Positions 1 to 9,136 of a stretch of 54,581 bases of DNA are shown here, piece after piece; the first letter of the stretch is position 1, and every line of letters starts with the position of its first letter. This DNA comes from an uncultured Candidatus Saccharibacteria bacterium. GTDB lineage: Bacteria > Patescibacteriota > Minisyncoccia > JAHIHE01 > JAGLIN01. The stretch covers positions 1 to 54,581 of the forward strand of contig CAZDCJ010000001.1 of the NCBI GenBank assembly GCA_964503935.1. The letters run 5' to 3'. The notes beneath the pieces were generated by a model. That model was not told where the DNA came from. It ran no database searches and saw only the letters and a list, made by a program, of their open reading frames with translations. The position numbers and the translations under genes were made by a program.

Positions 1-74
1 TTATATTTACCTATACCAATTATACATCGTCTGTGATTTTTGCTTTATTATACCCTAAATCTGCCCCTAAAAGC

Positions 75-770
75 CTACTCAAATCGGCAAATGACCAATT
101 CTTTCCGATAAAAAATGGAACTCATGATAGAGCTCCTGATTTTCTTCATCCTCAGCATCCGCGCCCCCCCTTCGACTGCCCCGCCGCCAGACAATATCAA
201 TATGACTATTCCGAGAATCACCCATCCTGCCAAGTACCCCCCTAGAGCAGCAGTAAACGTCGTAATCACGGTATTATCCTTATCTACCCGGTATTCTCCC
301 GTTTCGAAAGTATAGTATCCGGTACCGCAATAAATCTGATCCGTGTAATAATGGACTTCTTCCGCGATTATGACCCCTTCCGTGACATTCATGACACCCG
401 ACTCGTAGTTAAAATCGGCATCATAAAAATGTCCGTCATATTTCTGGATCAGCATCCTGTCGATACTCGCTTTGTTCTCTAGATGCTTTTCTACAGAATA
501 GACGCCGGAGTTACTGGTAGAATAACTATTTCCGTCTACCATATAGTCGATCTGAAGATCCCCAGGAGTCAGAATAAGTGACTCTATGTTGGATGATTTG
601 CTGTCCGGCTGGAAATTCCACTCCCTCGTATAAGGCTCTCTAAGACCTACGCTGATGAGCCCGTAAGCGAATAATATCCCTATAAGAGCCAGCACCAAGA
701 CGGTCTTCGTTCCAGATTTATTTTTTTCTTCCGAGGCTTTCGAAGCATCTAGCATGCGATTATCTTCCAT
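75..770 (-). CDS. hypothetical membrane-anchored protein, paralog of 1582..2169
   Basis: 231-aa ORF. The ATG is preceded by GAGGAG 6 nt upstream. TM segments lie near the N-terminus (VLVLALIGILFAYGLISV) and C-terminus (YLAGWVILGIVILILSGG). It shares the block KYDG(H/Y)F..D...Y.(S/G)..(M)....G(V)(I/V)......YY with 1582..2169. Confidence 0.6.
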   Translation of the reverse strand: MEDNRMLDASKASEEKNKSGTKTVLVLALIGILFAYGLISVGLREPYTREWNFQPDSKSSNIESLILTPGDLQIDYMVDGNSYSTSNSGVYSVEKHLENKASIDRMLIQKYDGHFYDADFNYESGVMNVTEGVIIAEEVHYYTDQIYCGTGYYTFETGEYRVDKDNTVITTFTAALGGYLAGWVILGIVILILSGGGAVEGGARMLRMKKIRSSIMSSIFYRKELVICRFE

Positions 771-914
771 ATCAAGCTCCTCTTTGTTTTATGATTTCGT
801 ACATTTTCGTATATTTTTCTGGCTCTAACCTGAAACTGTAGGTATGTCAATATGCGATAGACATCATGCTTTTTAAAGACAAGCATAAGAAAAACAAGCG
901 ATGGGAGCCGCTTG

Positions 915-1400
915 TCAATTTTTGCCTATATTTTTCATGGCATAGTTAATGCTCTCTATCTTCAGGCTGATTTTCTTTTTCCCTTCGCTGCAAGGATAGC
1001 GATGGAATATATTCTTCTTGCCGGCCAGGCTCAGATATTCCATCCTAACACCTTCCAATATCTTCAGTTTCACATCCGGACTCAGATCGTACTCACCTTT
1101 ATCGACTTTCTTGAAGATTTCAGAAAGTCTTGTCCGATATACTTTCCTGAGCGGCTTGCCCCATCTCTTCTCGAAAGGAGCAATGGTGATCCTATGAAAT
1201 AGAAGCATGCTCTTGGAATTCATCCAGAAAATCAACGGATGTTCGTCTATGATTCTCTGGGCTCCTTTCCTTAATTCCCCCACCGGATTTTCCGGATCCA
1301 GTTCTATCTTGCTCAACTCCTCGAGCTCTTCCATGAACCGGACCCATTTCCCCCTCAGCGGATAAATGACCGAGTCCTTTCTTTTTCTCATTTCTTGCAA
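915..1400 (-). CDS. hypothetical protein
   Basis: 161-aa ORF sitting between the two paralogs and co-directional with them. The start is uncertain: TTG at 1400 or ATG at 1391. I recognised no motif. Confidence 0.45.
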   Translation of the reverse strand: MQEMRKRKDSVIYPLRGKWVRFMEELEELSKIELDPENPVGELRKGAQRIIDEHPLIFWMNSKSMLLFHRITIAPFEKRWGKPLRKVYRTRLSEIFKKVDKGEYDLSPDVKLKILEGVRMEYLSLAGKKNIFHRYPCSEGKKKISLKIESINYAMKNIGKN

Positions 1401-1581
1401 ATAATCCGCAGTTTCCTCCGTCCTGTATATTCCTCCTGTCGTTCTCTGATAATCAATCTGAAGCCGGCATATTCTTACTTCGGATATTTATGATATGTAA
1501 GCATCAATGCGGCTTTTTGTCAATGAATGGCTGGCGGACCTTGGCAAAGATAGGTCCAAAAAAAGAAGCCCTTTGCGAGCT

Positions 1582-2169
1582 TCAATGATTTGCGGGTTTG
1601 CTTCGGAATATATCCGACAGCATATCCCAGAGGATAAAACCCGCGAGTACGGAAAGTATTCCGTAAAAGACGACATGCCTTATGTAGCTGGGATAGCGCA
1701 CGACTTCGACGACATCTCTTTTTTCATCGTAATGCCACACTGTCCTGTATGGCATCCTTTCAAAGACGATCTTCTGCGAGTGATAATAGCAGACATTCCC
1801 TTCGACTACTCCTTTGATCTTATACATCGTCCCGTAGGCATCGATCTCGTCTCCGATGAAGTATCCATCGTACTTTCCGGAAGCGATCATCGCATCGATT
1901 TCTTCCGGATGCTTTCTCACGTAATGCACCTGGAAACTCTTGCCCTCCTCATCAGGATCCCGATGCCTCTCGCCTTGGGACGTAAAATCGATATCGATAC
2001 AATCATCCCCGACATCGTAATCATGGCCGAAGCTGAGAATGTTGGACGATTTATTGACTTCTTCTACGGGATATTCTAATTTGATCGGCTCCTCCGGCAC
2101 CGATATATAATAGCTAAAAGTCAAGATTCCCCAGAGAAGAAGCGGCCATAAGAAATATTTTATTTTCAA
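1582..2169 (-). CDS. hypothetical secreted/membrane protein, paralog of 75..770
   Basis: 195-aa ORF with a TTG start preceded by AGGAGG 7 nt upstream. It has an N-terminal signal/TM segment (FLWPLLLWGILTFSYYI) and a C-terminal TM segment (VVFYGILSVLAGFILW). Confidence 0.6.
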   Translation of the reverse strand: MKIKYFLWPLLLWGILTFSYYISVPEEPIKLEYPVEEVNKSSNILSFGHDYDVGDDCIDIDFTSQGERHRDPDEEGKSFQVHYVRKHPEEIDAMIASGKYDGYFIGDEIDAYGTMYKIKGVVEGNVCYYHSQKIVFERMPYRTVWHYDEKRDVVEVVRYPSYIRHVVFYGILSVLAGFILWDMLSDIFRSKPANH

Positions 2170-2663
2170 AGATTTTCCTCCTGTCCGATGTGATTATAAT
2201 CTAAATCAAGCCCGGAGCATTGTCAAACAAAGAAAAGATTTCCGAAGAAGCCTCTTATCATATATGTGAACGGAACACGACGCTGGACCTAGGCAAAAAA
2301 CAGACTAACCTCGAAAAAAGTTAGTCATAACGAAATAACCACAGTTTTCTGCGTTATTATTGTTATTGTTGGCAGCGATCATCGCCCCAGCAATGCTTTT
2401 TGTTTTTTCCTGCATGGCCGTCATCTTTGTTCCTGATTATAATCTTCTTGATGAGCCCTGAATCAGTCTCTTTTCCTCCGCAGTAGAATTATTATATAAA
2501 TTCCACATTCCATGCGACCATACGCACATGGAATTGATATTGCGGCATCTTCCGTATCTGTCAACGATGAACTTGCGTTCTACGCCATCATCCGTATAAA
2601 CTATTCGAGCTATCATACGTCAGGATAATAATCCGGATTCGTCCTTATGTCAAATGAAATGAA

Positions 2664-2693
2664 ATCAAAAAAATCATCTTCCGATGATTTTTT
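2664..2693 (-). terminator. rho-independent terminator after tRNA-Lys (A-run/T-run flanked hairpin, potentially bidirectional)
   Basis: Plus strand reads AAAAAAATCATC-TTCC-GATGATTTTTTT. On the minus strand the stem is followed by a T7 run directly after the tRNA CCA end. Confidence 0.55.
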
Positions 2694-2769
2694 TGGTGGG
2701 ACGTACAGGGCTCGAACCTGTGACCCTCAGCTTAAAAGGCTGCTGCTCTACCAACTGAGCTAACGTCCC
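2694..2769 (-). tRNA. tRNA-Lys (anticodon UUU), CCA encoded
   Basis: The reverse complement folds by eye as a cloverleaf: GGGACGT TA GCTC AGTTGGTA GAGC A GCAGC CTTTTAA GCTGA GGGTC ACAGG TTCGAGC CCTGT ACGTCCC A CCA. It has a 7-bp acceptor stem, a GTTCGA T-loop, and anticodon loop C-T-TTT-A-A. Confidence 0.93.
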
Positions 2770-2773
2770 GAGG

Positions 2774-2804
2774 TTTGACTGCGCGTAATTTTTCGGCAGT
2801 CAAA
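2774..2804. other. 9-bp hairpin between the SPFH gene and the tRNA (possible processing or termination structure)
   Basis: TTTGACTGC-(13 nt)-GCAGTCAAA forms a perfect stem. There is no T-run on the minus strand, so its function is unclear. Confidence 0.3.
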
Positions 2805-2864
2805 ACACTTAACCTTTATATCACAATAGAACCTCCTTGGCAATACCTTTCAGATAATTTTTCG

Positions 2865-3629
2865 CTATTTCTTTCCGATTCCTTCTATTGCCCGCAATAT
2901 CTCCAGAGGAACGGCGAATACCACCGTATTGGACTGATCGGAACTGATATCATTGATGGACTGCAGAGTGCGCAGATGGAGCGCTCCCGGAGCCTCGGCT
3001 AGCATCCTGGCCGCCTTGGTCATGTTTTCCGCGGAAACGACTTCCCCTTCGGCCTTGATGATGACCGCACGCTTTTCTCTCTCCGCTTCCGCCTGCTTGG
3101 CAATAGTCCGCTTCATATCTTCCGGGAGCTCGATGTGCTTGAGGTCAACCGAGACCACTTTGATCCCCCATTGATCAGTCGCACGATCCACGATCTCCTG
3201 GATACGCGACGAGATCGTATCCCGCTGGGAAAGGAGCTCGTCGAGCGACACTTCCCCCACCACATCCCGCATAGTGGTCTGCGCCAGCTGAGAGACGGCA
3301 TAGTCGAAATCTTCGACCTGAAGGACCGCCATTTCCGCATTATTCACCCTATAGTAAAGTACCGCATTCACGTTCACTGAAACGTTGTCCTGGGTGATCG
3401 CATCCTGATCCGGCACGTCCACGACCTTCACGCGAGTGTCCACTTTCTGGAAAGACTGGAAGATCGGGATCACTATCCTCCACCCCGGTTCCATTATGCC
3501 GCTGAATTTTCCCAGATCGAACCGTACTCCGCGTTCGTACTGGTTAATTTGCTTGATGCTGACAAGAAGAAACAGGAATACCCAGGGCGCCAATATGATC
3601 GCCCATGAAATCGTGCTTTCCATAGTCAT
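2865..3629 (-). CDS. SPFH/band-7 (stomatin/prohibitin-like) membrane protein
   Basis: 254 aa with an N-terminal TM segment. The block QYERGVRFDLGKF...PGW..VIP....KVD.R..V.DVP.QD.IT.DNV.V.V.AV.YYRV is typical of stomatin-like SPFH domains. A coiled A/E/K-rich C-terminal part follows (AKQAEAEREKRAVIIKAEGE). Confidence 0.9.
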   Translation of the reverse strand: MTMESTISWAIILAPWVFLFLLVSIKQINQYERGVRFDLGKFSGIMEPGWRIVIPIFQSFQKVDTRVKVVDVPDQDAITQDNVSVNVNAVLYYRVNNAEMAVLQVEDFDYAVSQLAQTTMRDVVGEVSLDELLSQRDTISSRIQEIVDRATDQWGIKVVSVDLKHIELPEDMKRTIAKQAEAEREKRAVIIKAEGEVVSAENMTKAARMLAEAPGALHLRTLQSINDISSDQSNTVVFAVPLEILRAIEGIGKK

Positions 3630-3653
3630 ACTTTTAATGTTAAAGATTAATCA

Positions 3654-5213
3654 TTACTTGTTCTTGCGGAGCTTATCGTAATCCAAGCGCGCGCTGCCGG
3701 CTACGATCGGATCATAGCCTCCTTCCACTTCGCTGCCATCGCCATATCCGTCGCCATCCGTATCTATCTTGTGCGGATCACTCCCATATTTCTTCTCGTC
3801 TTCGTCGCCAAGTCCGTCGCCGTCGGTATCTTTGGCGTTCTTATCGATAGCGACGACCGTATCAGGACTTATGATCTTCAGCTTCTCCGTAACCTCTGCG
3901 AAATTCTTGGCTCCTTCCACGTCTCGCACCTTGGCAGTATCGAAACCGGAAAGGGTATAATCAATATCGAAACTCATACCCTCCTTCTCATCCCTGCTCT
4001 CGTCCGACGCATAGGATTCGCCGTAAATATTCTCTAGCTTGGCATAGAACCCGTTCATGAAATCGTCATCGAATTCTCCGGTCATCCGGAAGCGATAGAT
4101 GAGATTGTCATCCTTGCCGACCCAGATTTCTACGCTAACCTTCTGCATCACATAATCCACGATCTTCTGGAATTTCTCGGACTGGGCCGGATCATCCTGT
4201 ATCTCCCGGAGGGATGCCAAGACACTGCCGCCGTCCTCCCCTTCCATACCGCCTTCCGAAAGAGCCGTTATGAGCTGCAAGACCCCGTTCGTATCGAAAT
4301 TTACCCTATAGTGGGTAGTATCAATCTCTTCTATGAGCTCCGATCCCAGATCCTGCGGAGCCGAAAGGAAACCGTAATCGAATATCTTGTTAAAATTATC
4401 AACCCCTCTCACGCTCAGGAGGTCGAGCTTCTCGGGCAAGAATGCATAATCCCTCACGATGGCATACAGTTCCCGGTAATCCTCATCCGTCACGGAATAC
4501 CAGTTGCCGGTCACGCCCTCCAGATTGTTCTCGATGACCGCCGCGCGGGAAGCCTGACTATTTCCTGCTATGAGAAGATTATCCAGTTTGAGATACTTCT
4601 TGCCATCTATGGCTACCGATTGCATGCTGACGCTAGTGGTGCTTTTAGCTTCGTTCACGCTTCTTACCGTATCATATACCAAGGAAGAATAGAGGAATGG
4701 ACCTCCTTCGGCCTTCTCCACTACGCCTTTGTAAATGACCTGGTACTCCATGCCATATTGCTTCTCCTCGACTTCGAGCATACGCATGAAACTCATCGCT
4801 CCGTCATAAGAATACGAATTCACGCCCCGCATAGCCTCCATGATCGGATCAAGGATAAGGCTGTCGCCGGAAGGACCATCCAAATCTTTGTCTTTTCCCA
4901 GGAAATAACTGGCTGCCGCAGCGAGCAATACCACCGCCACGATAGCGCCAAAGATCGAGACGGCCTTTTTTCTGTCGATAGCCGACAGAGAGAACTTTTT
5001 CTTCTCGAGAGATGAGAAATCTTTCTCGAATTCCGTATCGCCTTCGCCTGTCTGATGCGGAAAAGCCTTCGGCGTATCCTCCGTCTTGCCGGTACGCTCG
5101 CCATACTGGCCACCGAAAGGAGCATCTGCCCTCTCCATAGAGGCAGACTGAGGAGCTCTTCCCGCCTCCTCTGCCGCCGGGCGGATCAAAACATCCTTGT
5201 CTTCATTTTCCAT
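3654..5213 (-). CDS. hypothetical single-pass surface protein with C-terminal thrombospondin-type-3-like Ca-binding repeats; tandem paralog of 5235..6803
   Basis: 519 aa. A charged N-terminal region precedes a TM segment (AVSIFGAIVAVVLLAAAASYFLG) and an ectodomain of about 350 aa. The C-terminus reads DTDGDGLGDEDE...DTDGDGYGDGSE...GYDPI. Confidence 0.75.
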   Translation of the reverse strand: MENEDKDVLIRPAAEEAGRAPQSASMERADAPFGGQYGERTGKTEDTPKAFPHQTGEGDTEFEKDFSSLEKKKFSLSAIDRKKAVSIFGAIVAVVLLAAAASYFLGKDKDLDGPSGDSLILDPIMEAMRGVNSYSYDGAMSFMRMLEVEEKQYGMEYQVIYKGVVEKAEGGPFLYSSLVYDTVRSVNEAKSTTSVSMQSVAIDGKKYLKLDNLLIAGNSQASRAAVIENNLEGVTGNWYSVTDEDYRELYAIVRDYAFLPEKLDLLSVRGVDNFNKIFDYGFLSAPQDLGSELIEEIDTTHYRVNFDTNGVLQLITALSEGGMEGEDGGSVLASLREIQDDPAQSEKFQKIVDYVMQKVSVEIWVGKDDNLIYRFRMTGEFDDDFMNGFYAKLENIYGESYASDESRDEKEGMSFDIDYTLSGFDTAKVRDVEGAKNFAEVTEKLKIISPDTVVAIDKNAKDTDGDGLGDEDEKKYGSDPHKIDTDGDGYGDGSEVEGGYDPIVAGSARLDYDKLRKNK

Positions 5214-5234
5214 AATTATGGCTGATTTATTTTT

Positions 5235-6803
5235 TTATCGAAGCGACTCGACTAGAGAGTCGTAAATCTTCCCGTAATCTGCCCGGGTATTGCCGGGTGC
5301 GATCGGATCATATCCGTTCCATACCTCATCGCCGTCCGGATGACCATCGCCGTCCGTATCCGTTTTCCTGGCATCGCTGCCGTAAAGGGCTTCCAGTTTA
5401 TCGCTGAGCCCGTCCCCGTCCTGGTCCGGATCGTTCTGAGATTTCTCCTTCATCCCCTGATACTCCAGTACGACCAGAGCTTTGTCCAGATCCTTCGCGT
5501 TTTCCGGCTTACGGACCGCCGCAGTATTAAAATCAGAAAGCGTATAATCAAGGCTGAAATCCAGGCTCTCTTCGCCCGTAGCCTCATCGGACTTCCCTCC
5601 TGTCTCACCGTCGAGAGCGTTCTTTTTCTCCACATAAGAGCTCAGGAATTTCCCGTCGAAGCTCCCGTCGGCCTTCAGGCGGTAGAGAAGATTATCGCCC
5701 TTTCCGATCCATAATTCCACATTTACCTCCCTCAGGACAAAATCCAAGAGCTCCCCGACTTTCTTCACTTTTTCGGCTTTTGTCTTCAATTCCTCCTCGA
5801 AGCCCTGGGACTTTTCCTCCCCCTGCGCCCTGGCCACTTCCCTGACAAACTCCAGCACCAAATCGAATGCTTCAGTACTATCTAACTTGACCTGATAATG
5901 ATAAGTCTCCGCTTCGCCTACTTTGTTATCTCCTAAGTCTTTCTTAAATTCAAACAGATCATGGCTTCTCAGGATTTCACCTAGCCGAGAAGCGATTCCC
6001 GGAGCAGAAAGGATTTTCGCATAAGTCTCGCCCTCGGAAAACTGTCCGAGAAAAGAATCCATCGTATCTTCGGGGACGGAATACCAGCTGTCTTCAAGGA
6101 TATCAAGATAGCCCGCGACCTCTTCCATTCCTTCTATGCTTCCTTCACTGTAAGTAAAATCGTTGACTTTGGCATAGAAAGTCTTGTCGAGATAGGCCGC
6201 TTCCACATCTCCCCTGCTCTTTAAGTTTCCCGCCTTATCGGCGCGATCCTGCTCGAATGCGAAAGAAGCATAGAATTCCGGAGTATCGCCATCGAACTGC
6301 GCCACTCCGTCATGAGTGAGAGCGGAAACGGACTCTGTCCCATGCCCCCTGGAAACGACATTGATCTTCCCGTCATAATGGAATGCCTTCACACGCTTCA
6401 TCTTCTCGAGCGAGGACTTGATGATGACATTATCGGAATTTTCCGGCGTAACCACATTATTCAAGAGGTCCGCATCCGGTTTCTCGGTCGGCTGCCGGAA
6501 TGCGAGAGCACCGGCAATCAGCACCACGACGACCAATACCCCCGCCAACGCCTTTCCATTCTCCCTGAAGAGAGCTCTCATATTTTCCTTTTTGAGCGAA
6601 AGAATATCATCCTCCATACCGATCGTCTCGCCGGGAGTAAAAGACGCTTCCGAAAGCGCCGGAGATCCCGGATCGGATTCTGCCAGCTTCTCATATTTCT
6701 TCACTATGCTGTCAGCCCCTGGCCCCATAGCCGCAGATTTCGCCTCGCCCCCTCCCGCCGCCCCTTCCCTCCTCGAGCTCCCTCTGTTTTCTTCATTATC
6801 CAT
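5235..6803 (-). CDS. hypothetical single-pass surface protein with C-terminal thrombospondin-type-3-like Ca-binding repeats; tandem paralog of 3654..5213
   Basis: 522 aa with the same architecture. TM segment is ALAGVLVVVVLIAGALAF and the C-terminus reads DPDQDGDGLSDKLE...DTDGDGHPDGDE...GYDPI. Blocks shared with its neighbour: LDYTLS.F.TA.VR, E(I/L)W(V/I)GK.DNL(I/L)YR, (T/Y)HY(R/Q)V. Confidence 0.75.
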   Translation of the reverse strand: MDNEENRGSSRREGAAGGGEAKSAAMGPGADSIVKKYEKLAESDPGSPALSEASFTPGETIGMEDDILSLKKENMRALFRENGKALAGVLVVVVLIAGALAFRQPTEKPDADLLNNVVTPENSDNVIIKSSLEKMKRVKAFHYDGKINVVSRGHGTESVSALTHDGVAQFDGDTPEFYASFAFEQDRADKAGNLKSRGDVEAAYLDKTFYAKVNDFTYSEGSIEGMEEVAGYLDILEDSWYSVPEDTMDSFLGQFSEGETYAKILSAPGIASRLGEILRSHDLFEFKKDLGDNKVGEAETYHYQVKLDSTEAFDLVLEFVREVARAQGEEKSQGFEEELKTKAEKVKKVGELLDFVLREVNVELWIGKGDNLLYRLKADGSFDGKFLSSYVEKKNALDGETGGKSDEATGEESLDFSLDYTLSDFNTAAVRKPENAKDLDKALVVLEYQGMKEKSQNDPDQDGDGLSDKLEALYGSDARKTDTDGDGHPDGDEVWNGYDPIAPGNTRADYGKIYDSLVESLR

Positions 6804-6817
6804 AATGGCTTGTTAGT

Positions 6818-7321
6818 TTATTTTTCTTTTATCAAAAATATCGCAAAAAATGGAGCTATCAGCCAGAAGAGCTGGGCGCCATCTTGAGCAAAGACCGCCC
6901 TAAGGAAGATAGAAAGATCGTCCGCGGCCGGTATGAAGGATATTATGACGCTGATGATGAATCCGATCTGGAGAAAGGAAAGGGCTAGCGTCTCGAACCA
7001 CGCTTTCCGGGAGCCCTGCCTGAAATTGGATGTAAAATCCGAATGCAATATCACCCACGACAGGATGAATATGCCCGCGATGAACACGATCGCCTTGTTC
7101 CGATAAGTATCTTCCAGCGCGATGCCGGTCGCCGCCCTGATGACAGGCAGCCTTTCGACAAACGCAAGCGAAACATAGCTCGCCAAAAGGACGATGAAAG
7201 CCCGGTCCTTGCCGTATCGGAACAAATAAAGATAGATTCCGGCGAGAAATGTCAGGAGTACGAATAGATCCCAGCTGGGATTTGTCAGACTGATACCACC
7301 GAATATTTTTGCGAAATCCAT
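6818..7321 (-). CDS. hypothetical multi-pass membrane protein
   Basis: 167 aa with 4-5 hydrophobic segments. I preferred it over the overlapping 6900..7352 frame, which is Arg/Gly/His-rich and looks like a shadow frame. Confidence 0.6.
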   Translation of the reverse strand: MDFAKIFGGISLTNPSWDLFVLLTFLAGIYLYLFRYGKDRAFIVLLASYVSLAFVERLPVIRAATGIALEDTYRNKAIVFIAGIFILSWVILHSDFTSNFRQGSRKAWFETLALSFLQIGFIISVIISFIPAADDLSIFLRAVFAQDGAQLFWLIAPFFAIFLIKEK

Positions 7322-7372
7322 CTCGTGTCTTTATATTATATTCCTGAATCATTATAACATGAAAAGTCGCAC

Positions 7373-8464
7373 TTACAAACCTTCGTCGCGCAATTCTTCC
7401 AGAAGATTCCTCTGTCGCTTGGAAAGTTTGCCCGGCGTCCCGATCTGCACAGTGATATACATGTCCCCCGTGCCGCGCCCGCCGAGATGCGGGAATCCTC
7501 CGCCGCCGATCTTGATGATCTTGCCCGACTGGATGCCCGACGGGACCTTCAGCTTGATCTTCCCCCTGAGAGTAGGAACTGTGGTGCTGTCGCCCAGCGC
7601 CGCCTGTGTAAAAGTGATATCGAGCTTGGAGAGAAGGTCGTCTCCGCGCCGCTCAAACAGGGGATGCTTCTTAAGATGCGCCGTCACATAAAGGTCGCCC
7701 GACTCAGATTTTCCGCTTCCCGGCCGCATACCCGCCTCGCCCGCGCCGCTCACGCGGATAGTCTGCCCTTCGGCGATTCCCGCGGGAATCTTCACCCGGA
7801 TCACCTTCTCTTCCTTCGTGCGCCCGTCGCCGCCGCATTTGTCGCATCTCTTCTCAGGCCGTTCACCTGACCCCTGGCACTCAGGACAGAGTTCCGTCTG
7901 CGCGAAAGCGCCGAACATCGTCCGTCTCTGTTTCTGCACGTATCCCGTGCCGCCGCAGGTGGGACATTTCTCCAGTTTGCTTCCCGGCTCCGCGCCGGTA
8001 CCGCTGCATTTCGGACAGGAGACCGACAAATAGAGCTTTATCTCTCTCTCCATGCCTTCCAACGCTTCTTCGAAAGTAAGCTCGATATCTACCGCGATAT
8101 CCTGGCCTTTTTCTTGCCGCGCGCGCCTCGTCCGGGCACCGCCGCCAAATATATCTCCGAAAAGATCTCCCAGATCGCCTTCGAAGTTAAAACCGTTTGC
8201 GCCGCCCCCGAAGCCGCTGAAATCAAAGCCGCCAGCGCCTCCTCCGGCACCTTGTTCGAACGTCGAGCCGAACCGGTCATATTGGGAGCGCTTTTCCTTG
8301 TCTGAAAGCACCTGGTAAGCCTCGTTGATTTCCTTGAACTTGGACTCATCGCCGCCCTGCTTGTCCGGGTGATACTGGTGCGCCAGCTTCCGGTAAGCCT
8401 TCTTGATCTCATCGTCGCTCGCCCCCTTTTCCACCCCCAATGTCTCATAATAGTTCTTTGCCAT
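7373..8464 (-). CDS. dnaJ: molecular chaperone DnaJ
   Basis: J-domain (YYETLGV...[13 protein letters not shown]) and a G/F-rich linker. Four CxxCxGxG zinc-finger repeats are present: [32 protein letters not shown]. Confidence 0.96.
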   Translation of the reverse strand: MAKNYYETLGVEKGASDDEIKKAYRKLAHQYHPDKQGGDESKFKEINEAYQVLSDKEKRSQYDRFGSTFEQGAGGGAGGFDFSGFGGGANGFNFEGDLGDLFGDIFGGGARTRRARQEKGQDIAVDIELTFEEALEGMEREIKLYLSVSCPKCSGTGAEPGSKLEKCPTCGGTGYVQKQRRTMFGAFAQTELCPECQGSGERPEKRCDKCGGDGRTKEEKVIRVKIPAGIAEGQTIRVSGAGEAGMRPGSGKSESGDLYVTAHLKKHPLFERRGDDLLSKLDITFTQAALGDSTTVPTLRGKIKLKVPSGIQSGKIIKIGGGGFPHLGGRGTGDMYITVQIGTPGKLSKRQRNLLEELRDEGL

Positions 8465-8549
8465 TTTTCTCCTATCTAAATATTAATATTTCCAGACTAT
8501 ACACGATTCTAACACTTTAATGCCCGATTATCAAGCGGTTTTCTGACTA

Positions 8550-8578
8550 TTGACGAAGCCCGCCGGAGAAGATATGTT
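8550..8578 (+). promoter_or_regulatory. sigma70-like promoter, apparently leaderless for 8585 ORF
   Basis: TTGACG, 17-nt spacer, TATGTT. The ATG at 8585 starts 7 nt after the -10 hexamer and there is no Shine-Dalgarno. Confidence 0.45.
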
Positions 8579-8584
8579 AGGTCC

Positions 8585-8941
8585 ATGGACTCGAAAAGAG
8601 TGAGAGAGAAAACCATAAAAGTGGCAAGGAAGGCGCAGGCTTTCGGACAAGAAGCGAAGAAGGCCCGGGATTCTTTCCGACGCATTGATAACGGAGATAT
8701 TATCCAGATAGTCAGGATAATGCCGGAACCCCGCTTCGCCATCCCATATATGAGCGAAGAGAAAACAGCACTGGGGATGAAAGGCAGGGAAAGGATCATC
8801 GCCTTCGGGAAAGAGACGGCTAAGAAACCCGAACATCCGCCGAAAAAGACGCAAGTAAGATGGATGCCGGAAGATTTCAAGATCCAAGGAGAAGCATTGG
8901 GAAGGGCCGGGACTGATAAGGATTTCCAAGAAGCCGTCTAG
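8585..8941 (+). CDS. hypothetical basic protein
   Basis: 118-aa ORF directly behind the promoter-like site, rich in Lys, Arg and Glu. Competing minus-strand ORFs (8509..8880, 8531..8929) lack any start signals. Confidence 0.5.
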   Translation: MDSKRVREKTIKVARKAQAFGQEAKKARDSFRRIDNGDIIQIVRIMPEPRFAIPYMSEEKTALGMKGRERIIAFGKETAKKPEHPPKKTQVRWMPEDFKIQGEALGRAGTDKDFQEAV

Positions 8942-9032
8942 AAGATAAATGTCTCCATAGGACCGGAAGACGTCGTCGGATTCTTCTCAAGAGAAGAACT
9001 GATACTCCTGAAACGGGCCCCGTTCATCTTCT

Positions 9033-9060
9033 GACAGGAATAAACGCCTGTCTTTTATTT
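9033..9060 (+). terminator. rho-independent terminator
   Basis: GACAGG-(8 nt)-CCTGTC followed by TTTTATTT, downstream of the 8585..8941 ORF. Confidence 0.5.
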
Positions 9061-9100
9061 GGCAGAAATTCACGAAATATCCCTGTATCTGTGTCTCTCC

Positions 9101-9129
9101 TTGACTTTATCCATAAGATGTCTTATATA
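9101..9129 (+). promoter_or_regulatory. sigma70-like promoter, apparently leaderless for 9137 ORF
   Basis: TTGACT, 17-nt spacer, TATATA. An in-frame ATG at 9137 begins 8 nt after the -10 hexamer and there is no Shine-Dalgarno. Confidence 0.5.
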
Positions 9130-9136
9130 TTTCCAT

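Noticed and set aside
6900-7352. A 150-aa ORF overlapping the 6818..7321 membrane protein in another frame.
   Set aside because: Its Arg/Gly/His/Pro-rich composition is typical of an off-frame read-through of a membrane-protein gene, while the 6818 frame gives clean TM helices.
8509-8929. Minus-strand ORFs 8509..8880 and 8531..8929 opposite the 8585..8941 ORF.
   Set aside because: There is no promoter or Shine-Dalgarno on that strand and the composition is odd (Phe/Ser/Cys/Pro/Gly-rich). The plus ORF has a consensus promoter exactly positioned at its ATG. This is still not proven.
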